A stretch of 64,000 nucleotides of DNA from an uncultured Gemmatimonadales bacterium (GTDB taxonomy: Bacteria; Gemmatimonadota; Gemmatimonadetes; Longimicrobiales; Gaopeijiaceae), in assembly GCA_963809895.1 (NCBI GenBank), contig CAWELD010000003.1:1952001-2016000 (forward strand). Reading direction: 5' to 3'. Positions 19,072-30,354 of this stretch are shown here, one piece after another. The translations under genes were made by a program, and so were the position numbers. How positions within the stretch are numbered: position 1 is the first letter of the stretch; each line of letters opens with the position of its first letter. The notes below the pieces were generated by a model, which was not told the DNA's origin, did not search any database, and worked only from the letters and a program-made list of their open reading frames with translations.

Positions 19072-20989
19072 TCAGCGCCCATCCAGCGAGAAGGTGACGA
19101 TGGAGTTGCCGGCCGCGATGGTCACGAGTTGCCGGTCGTCGACCATGTACGTGATGGGCGCGGCGCGGATGAAGCCTCCCAGGTTCCGGCTCCACAATAC
19201 CGTTCCCGACGCGGCGTCCAGGGCGTAGAACCGGTTGTCGCCTCCCCCGAAGACCAGGCCTCCCGCGGTGGACAGCACGCCGTTGAAGCGATAGCGGCCA
19301 CCATTGGCCCGAGCCGGAGCCGTGAACTCCCAGCGGCGCTCCCCGGTGGTGGCGTCGAGGGCCCGCACCCCGGTGCTCGAGGGGAGATCGGTCGGGTCAT
19401 GGCCATTGGATCCCACGAAGAGCTCGCCGGCTCGTCGCGCCTCCGCATCGCGCTTGACGAAGATTCCACCGCGCTCGAGGAATGGCACGAAGAAGAGGCC
19501 GCGCGCGGGATCGAGGGCCGGCGACATCCAGTTGGTGGCGCCCCCGTCGCCGGGATAGACGAGCGTACCTCGCGGGCTCGGACGGCTCTCCGGCCGCACC
19601 CGGGGCCGTCCGTCGGCATCCAGACCCTCGGCCCAGGTCTGCCGGGCGAAGGCGCGGCCCCGCAGGAACGCGCCGGACCGGCGATCCAGCACGTAGTAGA
19701 ACCCGTTCCGGTTCGCCTGAAGGACCACGGGCCTCGTCTCGCCGTCGACGACGAGGTCCGCCAACACCGGAACCTCCACGGCGTCTCGATCGTGCTCGTC
19801 GTGGGGTGTCGCCTGGAAGTACCACCGCAGCCGCCCGGTCTCGACCTCGAGGGCAACGATGGAGTTGGAGTAGAGGTTGTCGCCGGGCCGCTCGTCGCCC
19901 CGGTAGTCCGGTGCCGGATTCCCCGTCCCCCAGATCAGGAGTCCCAGGTCGGGGTCGTAGCTACCGGTGACCCACGTGGGAGCGCCCCCCGTCTTCCAGG
20001 AATCCCCACCCCAGGTTTCGTTTCCCGGCTCCCCGGGCCCCGGCACGGTTTCGAAGCGCCAGACCCTGTCCCCCGTGACGGCGTCGTAGGCATCCAGGAA
20101 TCCCCGGACCCCGAACTCGCCACCCCCGATCCCGACGATCACCCGCCCGTCCACCGCCAGCGGCGCGCCGGTGATCGAGTACCCTTCGCTGTGATCCGCG
20201 ACCTCGACGGTCCACAGGACGGCCCCGGTGCGGGCGTCCAGGGCGACGAGATGCGCGTCCAGAGTCCCGAGAAAGAGGGTGCTCCCCAGCACGGCCAGTC
20301 CCCTGTTCTGGCCGCCGCAGCAGAGCCGCAGATCCGGGGGCAGGTCGTAGGCGTAGGACCAGCGCCGCTCTCCCGTGCGGGCGTCCAGCGCGAACACCCT
20401 CTGCGGTGGCGCGGTGACGAACATGGTCCCATCCACCACCAGGGGCGTGGTCTCGATGTTGCCGCCGGGGACCGGGAGTTGCGCCCGCCACCGGATCTGG
20501 AGCCGCTCGATCGTGGCCGAGCTCACCTGCGACAGAGGGCTGTGGCGGCGGGCGTCATAGGATCCGGAATACGTCAGCCAGGCGCTGGAATCCTCCGATA
20601 CATCCCGGAGCCGATCGAAGGTCACCGGGTCCACGTCCACCTCCGCGACCCGGCCTCGTCCACTGGCGGCGCCGGCTCGGAGAGCCCGCACGTAGGCCGC
20701 CAACTGCCAGACCTCTCTCGGTGACGAGCCGGTGCCCCGCATGGCGGTTCCCGGGACGCCGTGGCGAATCGTGCGGAAGAGGGCCCAGTCGCTGGCGCCG
20801 TGCTGGAGCTCGGCGGTGGTGAGGTCGGGTCCCGCCTCGTCGCCCCCCGCCGCCTCACCGTGACATTGGCGGCAGCGCTGCTCGAAGACGGCCCGTCCCG
20901 CCGCACGATCCGTGGAATCGGTGAAGGGATTGACGATGGACCCGTACGGATTCCGACTCTCCACGATCGGGGCCAGCCAGTACCCGCTG
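19072..20989 (-). pseudogene. 5'-truncated paralog of the cytochrome c-PQQ dehydrogenase at 31476-33560
   Basis: 19068-20989 is collinear with 31472-33393 (both 1922 bp); start and signal region missing, frame otherwise open. Confidence 0.85.
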
Positions 20990-21226
20990 ACCTTCCTGGA
21001 GGCCGTGGACGTCGTCGCGTCGGCCGATGGGTTCGAGGTGAGCGAGGCGGAGAAACTGTTCGACGTCGCGTCGTATGCCAAGGGGCACCCGGCGGCCTCC
21101 TTCGACATCCACCCCGACGGACGGCACTTCGTCTTCGTGAAGGCGGGTGACGTGGCAGGCGCTAACCAGGCGGCCCAGGTGGTCATCACCAACGCGCTGA
21201 ATCCGGGGCTCACGGGCCAGCGCTGA
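20990..21226 (+). pseudogene. 3' fragment of a PD40/TolB-like beta-propeller gene
   Basis: EKLFD..SFDIHPDGRHFVFVK..QVVITNA*; no own start; partly repeated at 31041-31177. Confidence 0.6.
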
Positions 21227-21244
21227 GCGGCGGAGAGGGGGCCG

Positions 21245-21295
21245 CGGGCCCGCCCGGGCCTTCTGGTCCTGACCCACACGCTGCTCTGGGGTGCG
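21245..21295 (+). repeat. Displaced 17-codon copy of MBL hydrolase segment 17427-17477
   Basis: Translates to RARPGLLVLTHTLLWGA, identical in amino acids; 8 third-position differences. Confidence 0.85.
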
Positions 21296-21304
21296 AACGA
21301 GATT

Positions 21305-21393
21305 GTCGTCGATCGAGCAATCGCGGCGTTTCATGGGGCGAATGCGGAGTTCGCGGCGATATCTGCCGACGAACCAGCATGCAGTCTCCCCGG
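21305..21393. repeat. Truncated copy of the 174-bp element
   Basis: 21307-21372 identical (66 bp) to 27302-27367. Confidence 0.85.
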
Positions 21394-21491
21394 CCACGTC
21401 GCCATCCCGGATGGGGCTGGCTGGTGGGCGGGTGCCCTGGCGTCGGCCACGACCCCTACCCGGCGGTGGACGCGCTGAGAAGGCCGTGGCG

Positions 21492-21881
21492 ATGGCCGAG
21501 GACTACGCCACCCGTGAGCAGGCCCTGGCGGACGCGGTGATCGAGGGGCGCGGGAAGGTCCGGCTACCGGCAGGCGGCACCTACGTGGGCCGCAATTGGA
21601 TGCCGAAATACCTGTGGGTGGGCTCGCTGGACGAGGCCCGCAGGACGCTGGACGACCTGGTGACGGAAGGGCAGGGCGGCCGGGACAGGCTCATTACGCT
21701 CCGCGGCGTCATGCGGGACCTGGACCCCGCGTGGCCCACCATCGCGGAGAAGCGGTGGGCAGAGCGGGTGCAGGAAACCTACCACGTCCACATGCGGAAC
21801 GCGGTGGCCGCGCTGGACTCCACCACCTGGATGAAGAAGCGGATCGAGGCCGCCCTGGCCCTGGTCGAGTATGGCCCCTAG
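21492..21881 (+). CDS. Hypothetical protein
   Basis: 129-codon ORF MAEDYATREQALAD.. with coding-like third-position bias; no family recognised. Confidence 0.6.
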   Translation: MAEDYATREQALADAVIEGRGKVRLPAGGTYVGRNWMPKYLWVGSLDEARRTLDDLVTEGQGGRDRLITLRGVMRDLDPAWPTIAEKRWAERVQETYHVHMRNAVAALDSTTWMKKRIEAALALVEYGP

Positions 21882-21951
21882 GAGAGCGGCGGCCCGGTAG
21901 GTGTCCGGGCCGCCGCAACACAGTCCTAGGCCGGTCCTTTCCTCAAAAGGA

Positions 21952-23344
21952 GGCTCCTCGCTGTTTCAAATGGGTAGCTTGAAGTCGAGTTTGCCCGAGA
22001 CGAGGTAGGCCATGGCGATCAGGTTCTCGGTGGTGCGGTAGCCTCGGGCACGTGTCTTGGCGGCCTGGAGCAGGCTGTTCATGGCCTCGAGCATCCCGTT
22101 GCTGACGCGCGAGCGGAACCAGCGAAGGACGCCGGACGCATGCTTCCGAATCGTGCGGGCTACGCGGATCATCGGAGCCAGTCGACTGTGCATGGCCCAG
22201 TAGTACCAGCGCTTCAAGAATTTCTCGGCCAGGATCGGCGGCAGCTCCCAGAAGTCCTGGAGGGCGAGCTTGAGACGGTAGGCTCGCGCCGTCTTCAGAT
22301 GGCTCCGGCTCGGTCGCAGCAGTTCGTCCAGCTCCTTCTGCTGGGCCGCGTTCAGCCGCCCCCGGTTCTTCAGCCAGAGGTAGCGGGTGCGCTTGAGTTC
22401 CGGCCGCTCCTTCTGCTCCTCGCGCCGAACCGCATCGACCGCGTCGTTCAGCAGACGCAGGACGTGGAAGCGGTCGAAGGTGATCTCGGCGTCCGGGAAC
22501 TGCCGCCTCGCGCCCTGGATGTAGGCCGGCAACATGTCCATGCACAGCTCCTTGATTTGCTCGGGCCGGCCGCCATGTCGAAGCAGCTCCAACCGGAAGC
22601 GCCCGAACACACTGGCGTCCCGGCCCTCGGTGGCGAACAGCAACTGCGCTTCGTCCAGGTCCGCGAACAGCGTGATGTAGTTCTGGCCCCGCCGGCTCGC
22701 CTTCTCGTCGAAGCCCACCGAGCGGACCTCGGAGAAGTCCGCGGCCGCACGAGCCTCTGCCACGTAGTGCCGCAGGATCCGCCAGAGCCGCGTGTCGTGC
22801 TCCCCGACCAGCCGAGCCGCCGCGTTCACCGGCATCTCGCACACGAGCGCCATCACCAGGGACTCGAACCAGAACGTGAAGCCGCTCCCGGGACGCGCCC
22901 ACGGCACCTCGACCTGCTTGACTCCGCATTCCGGACACTCGACCCGGGGCACTCGCGCGTGCACGAAGGTTCGGTGCTGGAAGAAGTCCAGGTGCCGCCA
23001 CCGCTTCTCCGACGTGTCGTACGCCTTACAGCCCTCCCGCCCGCACTCCGGACAGGCGAAGGTGCCGCCCCGCTCGAAATCCACCCACAGATCCAACTGC
23101 CTGGCCGACGCATCGAACGCTGTCCGCTCCAACCGCCACGGCCGCTCCAGTCCGAGCGCCTGCTCGAAGAGCTCCCCGATCTGGCGCACCTCGCACCCTT
23201 CTCCCGATGGCGCCGTTGCGAACCCTCCACGCCCGGATGGCTACGGCGTCCTCGGGGCTCCTCCAGCCCTCCGCGGCGGGCCGCGACCCCCGCCGCGGCT
23301 CGTCACTTTACCGCGATTTCACCCATCCTGAACAGCGAGGAGCC
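21952..23344 (-). mobile_element. ISL3 family insertion sequence, 1393 bp
   Basis: IRs GGCTCCTCGCTGTT-N4-ATGGGT at both ends; 8-bp TSD CAAAAGGA at 21944-21951 and 23345-23352. Confidence 0.95.
21966..23189 (-). CDS. ISL3 family transposase
   Basis: CPECG zinc finger, WRHLD, VPWA, GFDE, CMDM, FDRFHV, SNGMLEAMNS, ARGYR. Confidence 0.95.
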   Translation of the reverse strand: MRQIGELFEQALGLERPWRLERTAFDASARQLDLWVDFERGGTFACPECGREGCKAYDTSEKRWRHLDFFQHRTFVHARVPRVECPECGVKQVEVPWARPGSGFTFWFESLVMALVCEMPVNAAARLVGEHDTRLWRILRHYVAEARAAADFSEVRSVGFDEKASRRGQNYITLFADLDEAQLLFATEGRDASVFGRFRLELLRHGGRPEQIKELCMDMLPAYIQGARRQFPDAEITFDRFHVLRLLNDAVDAVRREEQKERPELKRTRYLWLKNRGRLNAAQQKELDELLRPSRSHLKTARAYRLKLALQDFWELPPILAEKFLKRWYYWAMHSRLAPMIRVARTIRKHASGVLRWFRSRVSNGMLEAMNSLLQAAKTRARGYRTTENLIAMAYLVSGKLDFKLPI

Positions 23345-24079
23345 CAAAAGGACCACCGCTTCGGCCCGGATCTCACTGCTCCGGTCCAGGTAGGCCCGCC
23401 ACATCCGGATGCGCGAGCCGACCTCGAAGTCCGAGAGTTCGGCCGAGGTAAGGTGGCCGTCCACAACTCGGTAGAGGTCGTCCTTCCATACCGTGAAGAT
23501 CCGATCCGGAGTGCTCGGCCCCGCGCCTTCTTCCTTGAAGCCAATCTGGAAAAAGTCTGGTACGCCGCCCGGGTAGGTCCCGGTGACGACCAATTCCTCA
23601 CCGGGGCCCGTGACACCTTCAGGTGCTAGGATGTCAGCTCCCGCGCAGCCTTGGATGAGAATCGCGACGAGTCCAACCGTCCAGAGCCTCCACAGCTCAG
23701 AATACCAGGGCGATCGTTCCATTGTGAACACCTAGCAGTTTGGATTGCCCATGGGGTGACACACATCAAGGGTGCTCCCGCCAGATTCCAGATCGCTCTT
23801 CACGCCAACCCACGGCGAGAACCAGGTGATGTGTTCGTTTTCGTCGTCGTCACCATCTCTCGTTGTCCCGTAGTACCGTGGGTCGTCGTCCGGCTCACAG
23901 TCATCACACAGCGTCGGGCCGCCCCAAAGGATACCCACGAGCTTCACGGTCTGCACCGGCTCACCGTCAAGGTCCGGGATTGGGTACTTCGAGTCCTCTT
24001 GGAAGATCGGTCCACCGCTGTCTCCGATATCACTGAACAACGCGGCCTCGAACTGGCAGAACAGGCGGGTGGAATTCAA

Positions 24080-25740
24080 CCCGGATCCTGCGTCGCAGGG
24101 TGATTCATGAGTGATCGAGGGCTGAAAACGGATCGGCCGCTCTGGGCTGGACTGTGGCGGCTGGGATGAGCCTGGAGAGGCCGAGATTTCCGCGCTTCTC
24201 GGAGGCGGGGGAGGCAGGGTCGCGTCCGATATGGATACCGGTAGGACGGCCGGGTTGGCCAGAGGATTCAGGGTGGAGCGGGACCGTCAGGCTGGCGCAG
24301 GAGGGGGGATCCCTGCGAGGCGTCGGAATGCGATGAGGAGACGAGCCCGGGCTGGCTCAGTGGTCAGGAGCAGCAGATAGGTCTTTCGAGCATGGCGGGT
24401 GATCTTGGCCGGAAGACGGAAGAGCCAGAGACGAAGCCGCTTGGGCTGAGCCGTTCGCCAGGATCCGGAGAGCGCCGTTGTCCGGAGCGTGTGGAGGAGC
24501 TGATAGGCCAGCATCCCGAGGGTCCAGAGCAGGGCGTTGCCTTCGAGGTCGTCGATGGCAGTCTGTCCGACGGAGAGCTGCCCGAGCTCGGCGATCCGCT
24601 GCTCGATTACGGCGCCCTGGTTGTAGCGACGCCAGGCCGTGAGGGCGTGGATGCCCTCGATGTTGGTGAGCACATGAGCGCTCAGGGGCACTTCGTAGGT
24701 GTCGAGCTCGAGGGTAGCCTCTCCTGCGAGGGGCCGCCGGGTCTGGAGCGAGAGGAGCCGGACGCCCCAGAGGGTGCCGGACGTGGTCCAGAGCTCTTGT
24801 CCCGGAAAGACGTCTTCGCCCTTGGCCGAGCGACGCCAAGGCCGCTGATGGTCGCCGAGCCACCGATGTGCAGGGATCTTGAGCACGAAGTCCACGTCCA
24901 GCGAACAGAGCTTCGCGACCATCGAGCGGCTGAAGAAGCCCTTGTCGAGCCGGACCGCGATATCGGTGACACCTCGCTTCCGGAGGCGTGCGACGAGATC
25001 GTCCAGCCACTCCTCGGCTCCGGCCGCCGTGTGTGCACTGCCAGGCCGCCAGCGCACACCGAGGCAGTCGCCCGTCTCCTGGATGAAGGCCAGAAGCGGA
25101 TGATGCGACGGCCGGCCCGGCTTCTTCGGGTTGTATCCTCGCTCCGCTCCCGCCTGGTTCTCGCCTTAGCGCACCGAGACCGTCGAGTCGAGGACGAGCG
25201 TGACGCGCTTCGGCGTCCCGATCGCCGTCCAGCGGCTCAGGACGAGCTTCCACAGGAGACGATCGAGAAGGGGCACCAGCTCCTGGCCGGCACGGCGGAG
25301 CCAGCGGCCGAACGTCGTGGGATCCGGCACCCGCTCCCAGCCGAAGAGACTGCGGATTCCCCGACAACTCAGAAGCGGCAGGTCGTCCAGAACTCCACCC
25401 CCGTAGAGGAGGAGGACCGTCCAGACCTCGACCATCAGGCTCGGCCGGAAGCGGCCCGGGACCGCCGCTGTTCGGTGGTCGATCCACTCGCCCAACCGGA
25501 GTCGGTCCCAGAGCTTCCGGATCAGCACCAGCCCGCCCCCGTCCGTCAGATTCCGAGCACTGTGACGAAGTCGCAGAGGAGCTGCGTCGCCTTGTACGTG
25601 GGGCCGAGGAGGGATACGATGGTTGCGCACCGTCTGGGTGCCTCGCGTTGTGGAGACTCACTTGCCGGTAAGTCCTTCCAACGTAAGGCCCCAGGCGGTG
25701 TCTTGCATTCCCACATCAGCCCGCCATCGCAGGATCCGGG
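24080..25740 (-). mobile_element. IS1380 family insertion sequence, 1661 bp
   Basis: 13-bp perfect IR CCCGGATCCTGCG; 5-bp TSD TTCAA at 24075-24079 and 25741-25745. Confidence 0.93.
24287..25630 (-). pseudogene. IS1380 family transposase with in-frame TAA
   Basis: LTDGGGLVL, PDPTTFGR, LDST, GYNP, RLDKGF, YNQGAVIEQRIAE; stop at 25166-25168 (VR*GENQ). Confidence 0.88.
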
Positions 25741-27299
25741 TTCAAATCTAATCGGTAGTTGAAGCAGGTACTCGAAGGATTGTATATCACGTTGCAGTCG
25801 ACCATCTGATTGGTCGGGTCAGTACCGTCGGAGCATTGAAGAATCTCCCCACGAGTCCACCCCGTTCGATCCCCCATCTTGTTCACCGTCATTCCCACCC
25901 AGATCTGTGAATAGCTGACGGCGGCGTCAGTCACGGTGAACGTCGGGGTCGAAGTGTTGACGTCTCGCGACCCGAAGGTATCCGCTGGTATCCCCGGCGG
26001 AACGGTTGGATAACCCTGCGTCTGAGCCATTAGGTAGGGCGTGAACGGTACCGAATCATTCGTCCATTCATACGCAGCGGCATCTGCAGCCCTACAACTG
26101 GTCACCCAACCCGGTGGGACGAGGCAATTGAACCCTGCCTGTCCATATGTGGGGTCATAGATTTCTTCGGCGACCGGGACGGTCAGCACGTTCAGCCCCG
26201 CCCCCGGCTTCTGGTAGATCGTGAAGCCAACATCCGTTTGGAACTTCGTGGGCGAACAGTGGCTGGCGGTGATGATCACGGGTGTAGCGCCCAGATAGCC
26301 GGTGGCACCTACCGTGCAACGGGGTCTTATCCAGGGTACCCAGCGCGTATTGCCGATCCTCCTTGCGCCGCTACCTCATTCAGTTCTTGTCGGAAGTGTG
26401 GGCCTGGTCCCACTACTCGGGTCCTGAGAGCTCGATCAGGGATACCTAGGCCCACGGCGCGGGATCTCTCGCTGGCCGCATACGCTGCACGTGTCACACC
26501 GATGGTGACGGCGTTGCTTACCTCGTCGACGTCAAAGAAGACAGCTCCGGACCCGCGTGAGCCATCACCTCGTCGCGCCACTCGTTGAGCTGGTCGAAGG
26601 CGAATTCCACTGACCTGAAGCGTACGGGTCGCTGGGCGTGCTCCGGTCCTCGTCCGTGGAGCCATGCCTCGGCGGCTGCCTCCGCCCCTGGCCGGGCGAG
26701 GCTGACGACTGCGTTTCCTTGGTGATCAACGAACACGCCCGCGAACCCTGGCACGCTGGTCCGTGCGAGCTCTGCCCACTCCTCGTCCATCGTCGGCGGT
26801 CGTCCCTGGGGTGGACCTTGCCGGGCCGATGCGGCGGTCTGCGTTTCCGGTGTTGTTGGATTCGATCGTGCCAGATCGTCCTGACACCCGGCCAGGATCA
26901 TCAGGGCCAGCGCTGCGCTCGTGGCGGATCCGAGCCGCCTCCCACGATTCCCCTTCACTCTCTCCTCCCTGTCCCTTGGGGGGCGCTTCTATCATGCGTC
27001 GCATCGTAACCGAGAGTCAAGTACTCCCTCATCGCCCCCCCCTTCCGTCGCAGCGGCCGGGGGGGCCATCTCAGGGTGACTTCCTCCTGGATCAGACTCT
27101 CGACCACGCTCCGCGTGGCGCCCGCCCTCGATCTCACCGAGCCCAGAATTCGAGTTCGACCAGTCCATCCCCGACGATTTCGATTCCTGAGCCGCGGGAT
27201 TGGCATCGCCCCATCCAGCGGCGACCGGCTTCCATGGGCGTGGAGCGGTCACCGTGGGCGGCGTTCGGAGCATGACCGCGGCCGGTAAACGGGGCGGTC

Positions 27300-27473
27300 G
27301 CCGTCGATCGAGCAATCGCGGCGTTTCATGGGGCGAATGCGGAGTTCGCGGCGATATCTGCCGACGACCTTGCGCACAGTCCCCCGGGCGGCGGCGCCGG
27401 TGGGATTCGCGGCGATGGTTGGGGTCGATCCCGCATCGGCTCCCCGATCGACGCCGAGTGCTGGGTTGAAGGC
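27300..27473. repeat. 174-bp element, diverged subfamily
   Basis: GCCGTCGATC ... GGTTGAAGGC, 174 bp, collinear with 31258-31431. Confidence 0.85.
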
Positions 27474-27600
27474 ACGCAGCAGCGGTCGCGGCGGGCGGCA
27501 CCGGATCCTTCAGGTGCTGAGATGATTTGGCGGCGCCGCGATCGGTTCACCGTTGTCTTTGAAGAGACCACCTTCAACCTCGAGAGCCCGGGGCGACGGC

Positions 27601-30327
27601 ATGCGACTGCCACAATGGACAGTACTCCGGGGGGTCCTCCTCGCGCTCACCGGTGCGTTGCCTGCGGGCATGGACTCGGTAGACGCCCAGGAGCCCTGGC
27701 CCACGACGGAGTTCGAGGTGGCGTCTGCCGAGCGGCTCATGGAGCTCGGGGTACTCCGGGAGTTTCCCGAGGTCGGGGAAGCCTGGATCGACTTTCTCAA
27801 CGAGTCCTTCGCGTCGGTCGACGACTGGCTCGCCGCGGCCGGTCTGGACCCTCTGGGAGCCCGGGTCTACGACCCCGCCGAGGCGACGCGCCGGGAGATC
27901 GAGGCCTACCTCCGTGACGCGGCGCAGCTCCTCGAGGAATGGGGCCTCCCCGCACCGGCGTTGCGCCAGTCCCGGGGGCGGTACCAGGTGGCCCTGCTTG
28001 CCGAGACGCCGGCGTCCCTCATCGGCGATGAGGCGGCCGGGCTCTACGTGCCGGAGATCTGCGGATTCCTCGGAGGATTGCTGTTCCTTCGGGCCGGCTC
28101 GGTTCTGGACGGCGATGACCTGACTCCGGACGGGATGGAAACCCTGGGCCACGAGCTCTTCCACGCGGTCCAGGGAAGCATGGCCGTGGGTGCGACCTGC
28201 CCATTCCCCACCGGCGCCTGGATCACCGAAGGCTCGGCCGATGCGGTGGGTTCCGACCTGCTCCGCACGCTGCGTGGTCTCGAGGTGTCGAGCACCACCG
28301 AAGCCTGGGGACTGCGGGACTACTCCCGCCGCCTCCCCGTTCCAAAGGTCCATCCCCTCCAGGGCGAGGGTACGGATATCTCCGCGTACTACACGAGCTC
28401 CCTCTGGCGGTACCTCGCCGAGCGATACGCCCTGGGCGGCGCCATGCCGGGGCCCGAGCCCCCTGAGGCCGTGGACTACGGATACCTGGCGCGTCTGCTT
28501 CGTATCGACCCGGGAGAGCGAGACTGCGTCGGGCTCAGTGCACCCTGTGCGTCCGAGCTTCGCTGGCTCGACCTGGGAATCCGGGCGGTCTTCGGCACCA
28601 ACCTCCGCTACGAGTACCCTCGCTTCGTCGACGCGATCTCGCGATACGGGGAGTTCCGTCTCCCCGCGGCCCCCGATGATCCGGTGGCGCCACAGATGAA
28701 CGGCGATCGGATCCGGGATCAGGTCTTCGGCGGCTGCGACAACGTCTATCTGACCACAGACTTCCCGCGCAGGATCTCGCGGGAGGTGGTCGACGTGCTC
28801 GACCCCGTCTCCGCGGAGTGCTGGAACGTGTTCGTGGAGGGGTTCCCGGACGGGGTCCGGGTGGGGATGACCGTCGACGGACCGGCCGCCCGGGCCATGT
28901 CCGACCTGTCCGCGAGCGTGGGAGGTCGGCCGACCTGGGCCGACACGGCCGTCGTGGTCGGCGACGCCACGACCGATCGTTCTTCGGTGACGTGGTCCTA
29001 CACGGTCCCCGACACGACCACCACACCGTTCCTGCTCTCGAACGTGGGCGCCGACCCGGGGGCGGCGGCCCGCATGCGCAATCTCCCGGTCACGTTCACC
29101 ATCCTGGAGTCTACCGGCGCCCTCGTCGGCACCGAGCCCGGGGGTCCTTCTCCCGCCGAGATCGACGCTCCGGTCGGTCTGAAGCTCGACGACTTCTCCC
29201 TCGCGGAGGTCATGCCGTACACGGCCCCCTTCGAAGGAGCCGACTTCGACCGCCCGTGCATCCTCCGGTTCCGGATGCGGAACCAGGAGACCCGGGACGA
29301 GGTCACCCTCCAGATGGATCACGAGGGGCCCATCGGGCCGGGGGTGTACCCGGTGGCCCCCAGGCAGGACGGGGCCGACGACCTCGACCGTCCCGAGCGG
29401 TGGCCGAACCAGTTCGTCGTCGACTTCGGCATCGGTCCGGGCAGCGCTCTCTCGGACGGACGGCCGCAGGGGTTCCGGGCCGAGGCCGGGACCGTGGAGA
29501 TCGAGTCGGTGTCGGGCGGTGTCGTCCGCGGACGAGTGAACGCCGCGGGGTGGCGGCGGCGGACCTACGCCATCGGCGAGGAGCCATGGGGGCTCTCGAA
29601 CCTCACCATCCGTGCGGACTTCATGGTGGTCGTGCGGGACCGCGTGCGACGAGCCCGCCTGGGGCGCGACGCGACCGGATCGGACTGCCTCGAGCCGCCC
29701 GAGAGCGCGGCCACCGTCGAGCCCTTCCCTGGAGGGGGGAATTCGGATGAGGCGGGAGACGCCGAGGGGACCGAGAGCACGGAGGACCCCGGCAACGACC
29801 AGACCGCCGAGGAGGGCGACGAAGGGAACGAGGAGACCGGGGAGGGGGAGCCCACATCGACCTCCATCGACTTCCGTGGAGAGCCCGGGTCCGAGGTGGT
29901 CGGAGGACCCGGATCGGCGAGCCGTGCACCCGGTGAGGGCCCCCGGGGCTGGACGGCGACCGAATTCCCGATCCAACTGGGCCTTTCGCCGGCGATCCTG
30001 CGCACGTGCCGGGTGCCCGACGACACGCCGCCTCCGATCCTCGGCTTCCTGCGGGAAGGGACTCCCGCAAGAGGGGAGCTCGGGTTGAACGTGTCCCCGG
30101 CGGGGCTGCGGATGGACTTCGACTTCGGGAGCGGTCGGCTGGAGATCCGGACCACCGGGCCGGACGCCGTCCGCAGCGAGGACGTGGGTCGCTCCGATAC
30201 GCTCCGGCGGACCCGCTATGTGATCGACGCCGCCCAACTGCGACTGGTGTGGTCGGGGGGAACGATCTCCTGCGATTCCCTGGTGGGGTTCGCGTTCGAA
30301 GTGAACGAGACCTACCGAACACCATAG
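27601..30327 (+). CDS. Large secreted protein with HEXXH zinc-metallopeptidase motif
   Basis: Signal peptide (..VDAQ), LGHELFHAVQ, WITEGSAD; acidic linker before C-terminal domain. Confidence 0.75.
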   Translation: MRLPQWTVLRGVLLALTGALPAGMDSVDAQEPWPTTEFEVASAERLMELGVLREFPEVGEAWIDFLNESFASVDDWLAAAGLDPLGARVYDPAEATRREIEAYLRDAAQLLEEWGLPAPALRQSRGRYQVALLAETPASLIGDEAAGLYVPEICGFLGGLLFLRAGSVLDGDDLTPDGMETLGHELFHAVQGSMAVGATCPFPTGAWITEGSADAVGSDLLRTLRGLEVSSTTEAWGLRDYSRRLPVPKVHPLQGEGTDISAYYTSSLWRYLAERYALGGAMPGPEPPEAVDYGYLARLLRIDPGERDCVGLSAPCASELRWLDLGIRAVFGTNLRYEYPRFVDAISRYGEFRLPAAPDDPVAPQMNGDRIRDQVFGGCDNVYLTTDFPRRISREVVDVLDPVSAECWNVFVEGFPDGVRVGMTVDGPAARAMSDLSASVGGRPTWADTAVVVGDATTDRSSVTWSYTVPDTTTTPFLLSNVGADPGAAARMRNLPVTFTILESTGALVGTEPGGPSPAEIDAPVGLKLDDFSLAEVMPYTAPFEGADFDRPCILRFRMRNQETRDEVTLQMDHEGPIGPGVYPVAPRQDGADDLDRPERWPNQFVVDFGIGPGSALSDGRPQGFRAEAGTVEIESVSGGVVRGRVNAAGWRRRTYAIGEEPWGLSNLTIRADFMVVVRDRVRRARLGRDATGSDCLEPPESAATVEPFPGGGNSDEAGDAEGTESTEDPGNDQTAEEGDEGNEETGEGEPTSTSIDFRGEPGSEVVGGPGSASRAPGEGPRGWTATEFPIQLGLSPAILRTCRVPDDTPPPILGFLREGTPARGELGLNVSPAGLRMDFDFGSGRLEIRTTGPDAVRSEDVGRSDTLRRTRYVIDAAQLRLVWSGGTISCDSLVGFAFEVNETYRTP

Positions 30328-30354
30328 CCACTCCACGTTCCAGACGGAGTCACC

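Larger units (their letters stand above)
21926..23731 (-). pseudogene. Small lipoprotein (possibly DUF3221/YobA-like) with its last 5 codons cut off by ISL3
   Basis: Lipobox LIQGC; removing the IS and one TSD restores ..AEAVVLLRKGPA* with stop at 21926-21928. Confidence 0.7.
23732..26958 (-). pseudogene. Lipoprotein S1 (alpha-lytic-like) serine protease, IS1380-interrupted, with two frameshifts
   Basis: Lipobox ILAGC, pro-region, CTVG..ITASHC, AADAA, KMGDRTGWT, GDSGGP; frame rejoins (LDLNSTRL) on removing the IS; shifts near 26550 and 26330. Confidence 0.85.

Noticed and set aside
19072..21279. 735-aa full-length PQQ dehydrogenase as in the ORF track
   Set aside because: The first ~97 codons are the antisense of unrelated fragments, with no signal peptide
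25166..25168. Stop-codon recoding in the IS1380 transposase
   Set aside because: TAA at a probable Tyr codon; a nonsense mutation or base error, with no recoding signal
21952..25740. Composite transposon formed by the two ISs
   Set aside because: Different families, each with its own matching TSD, so independent insertions
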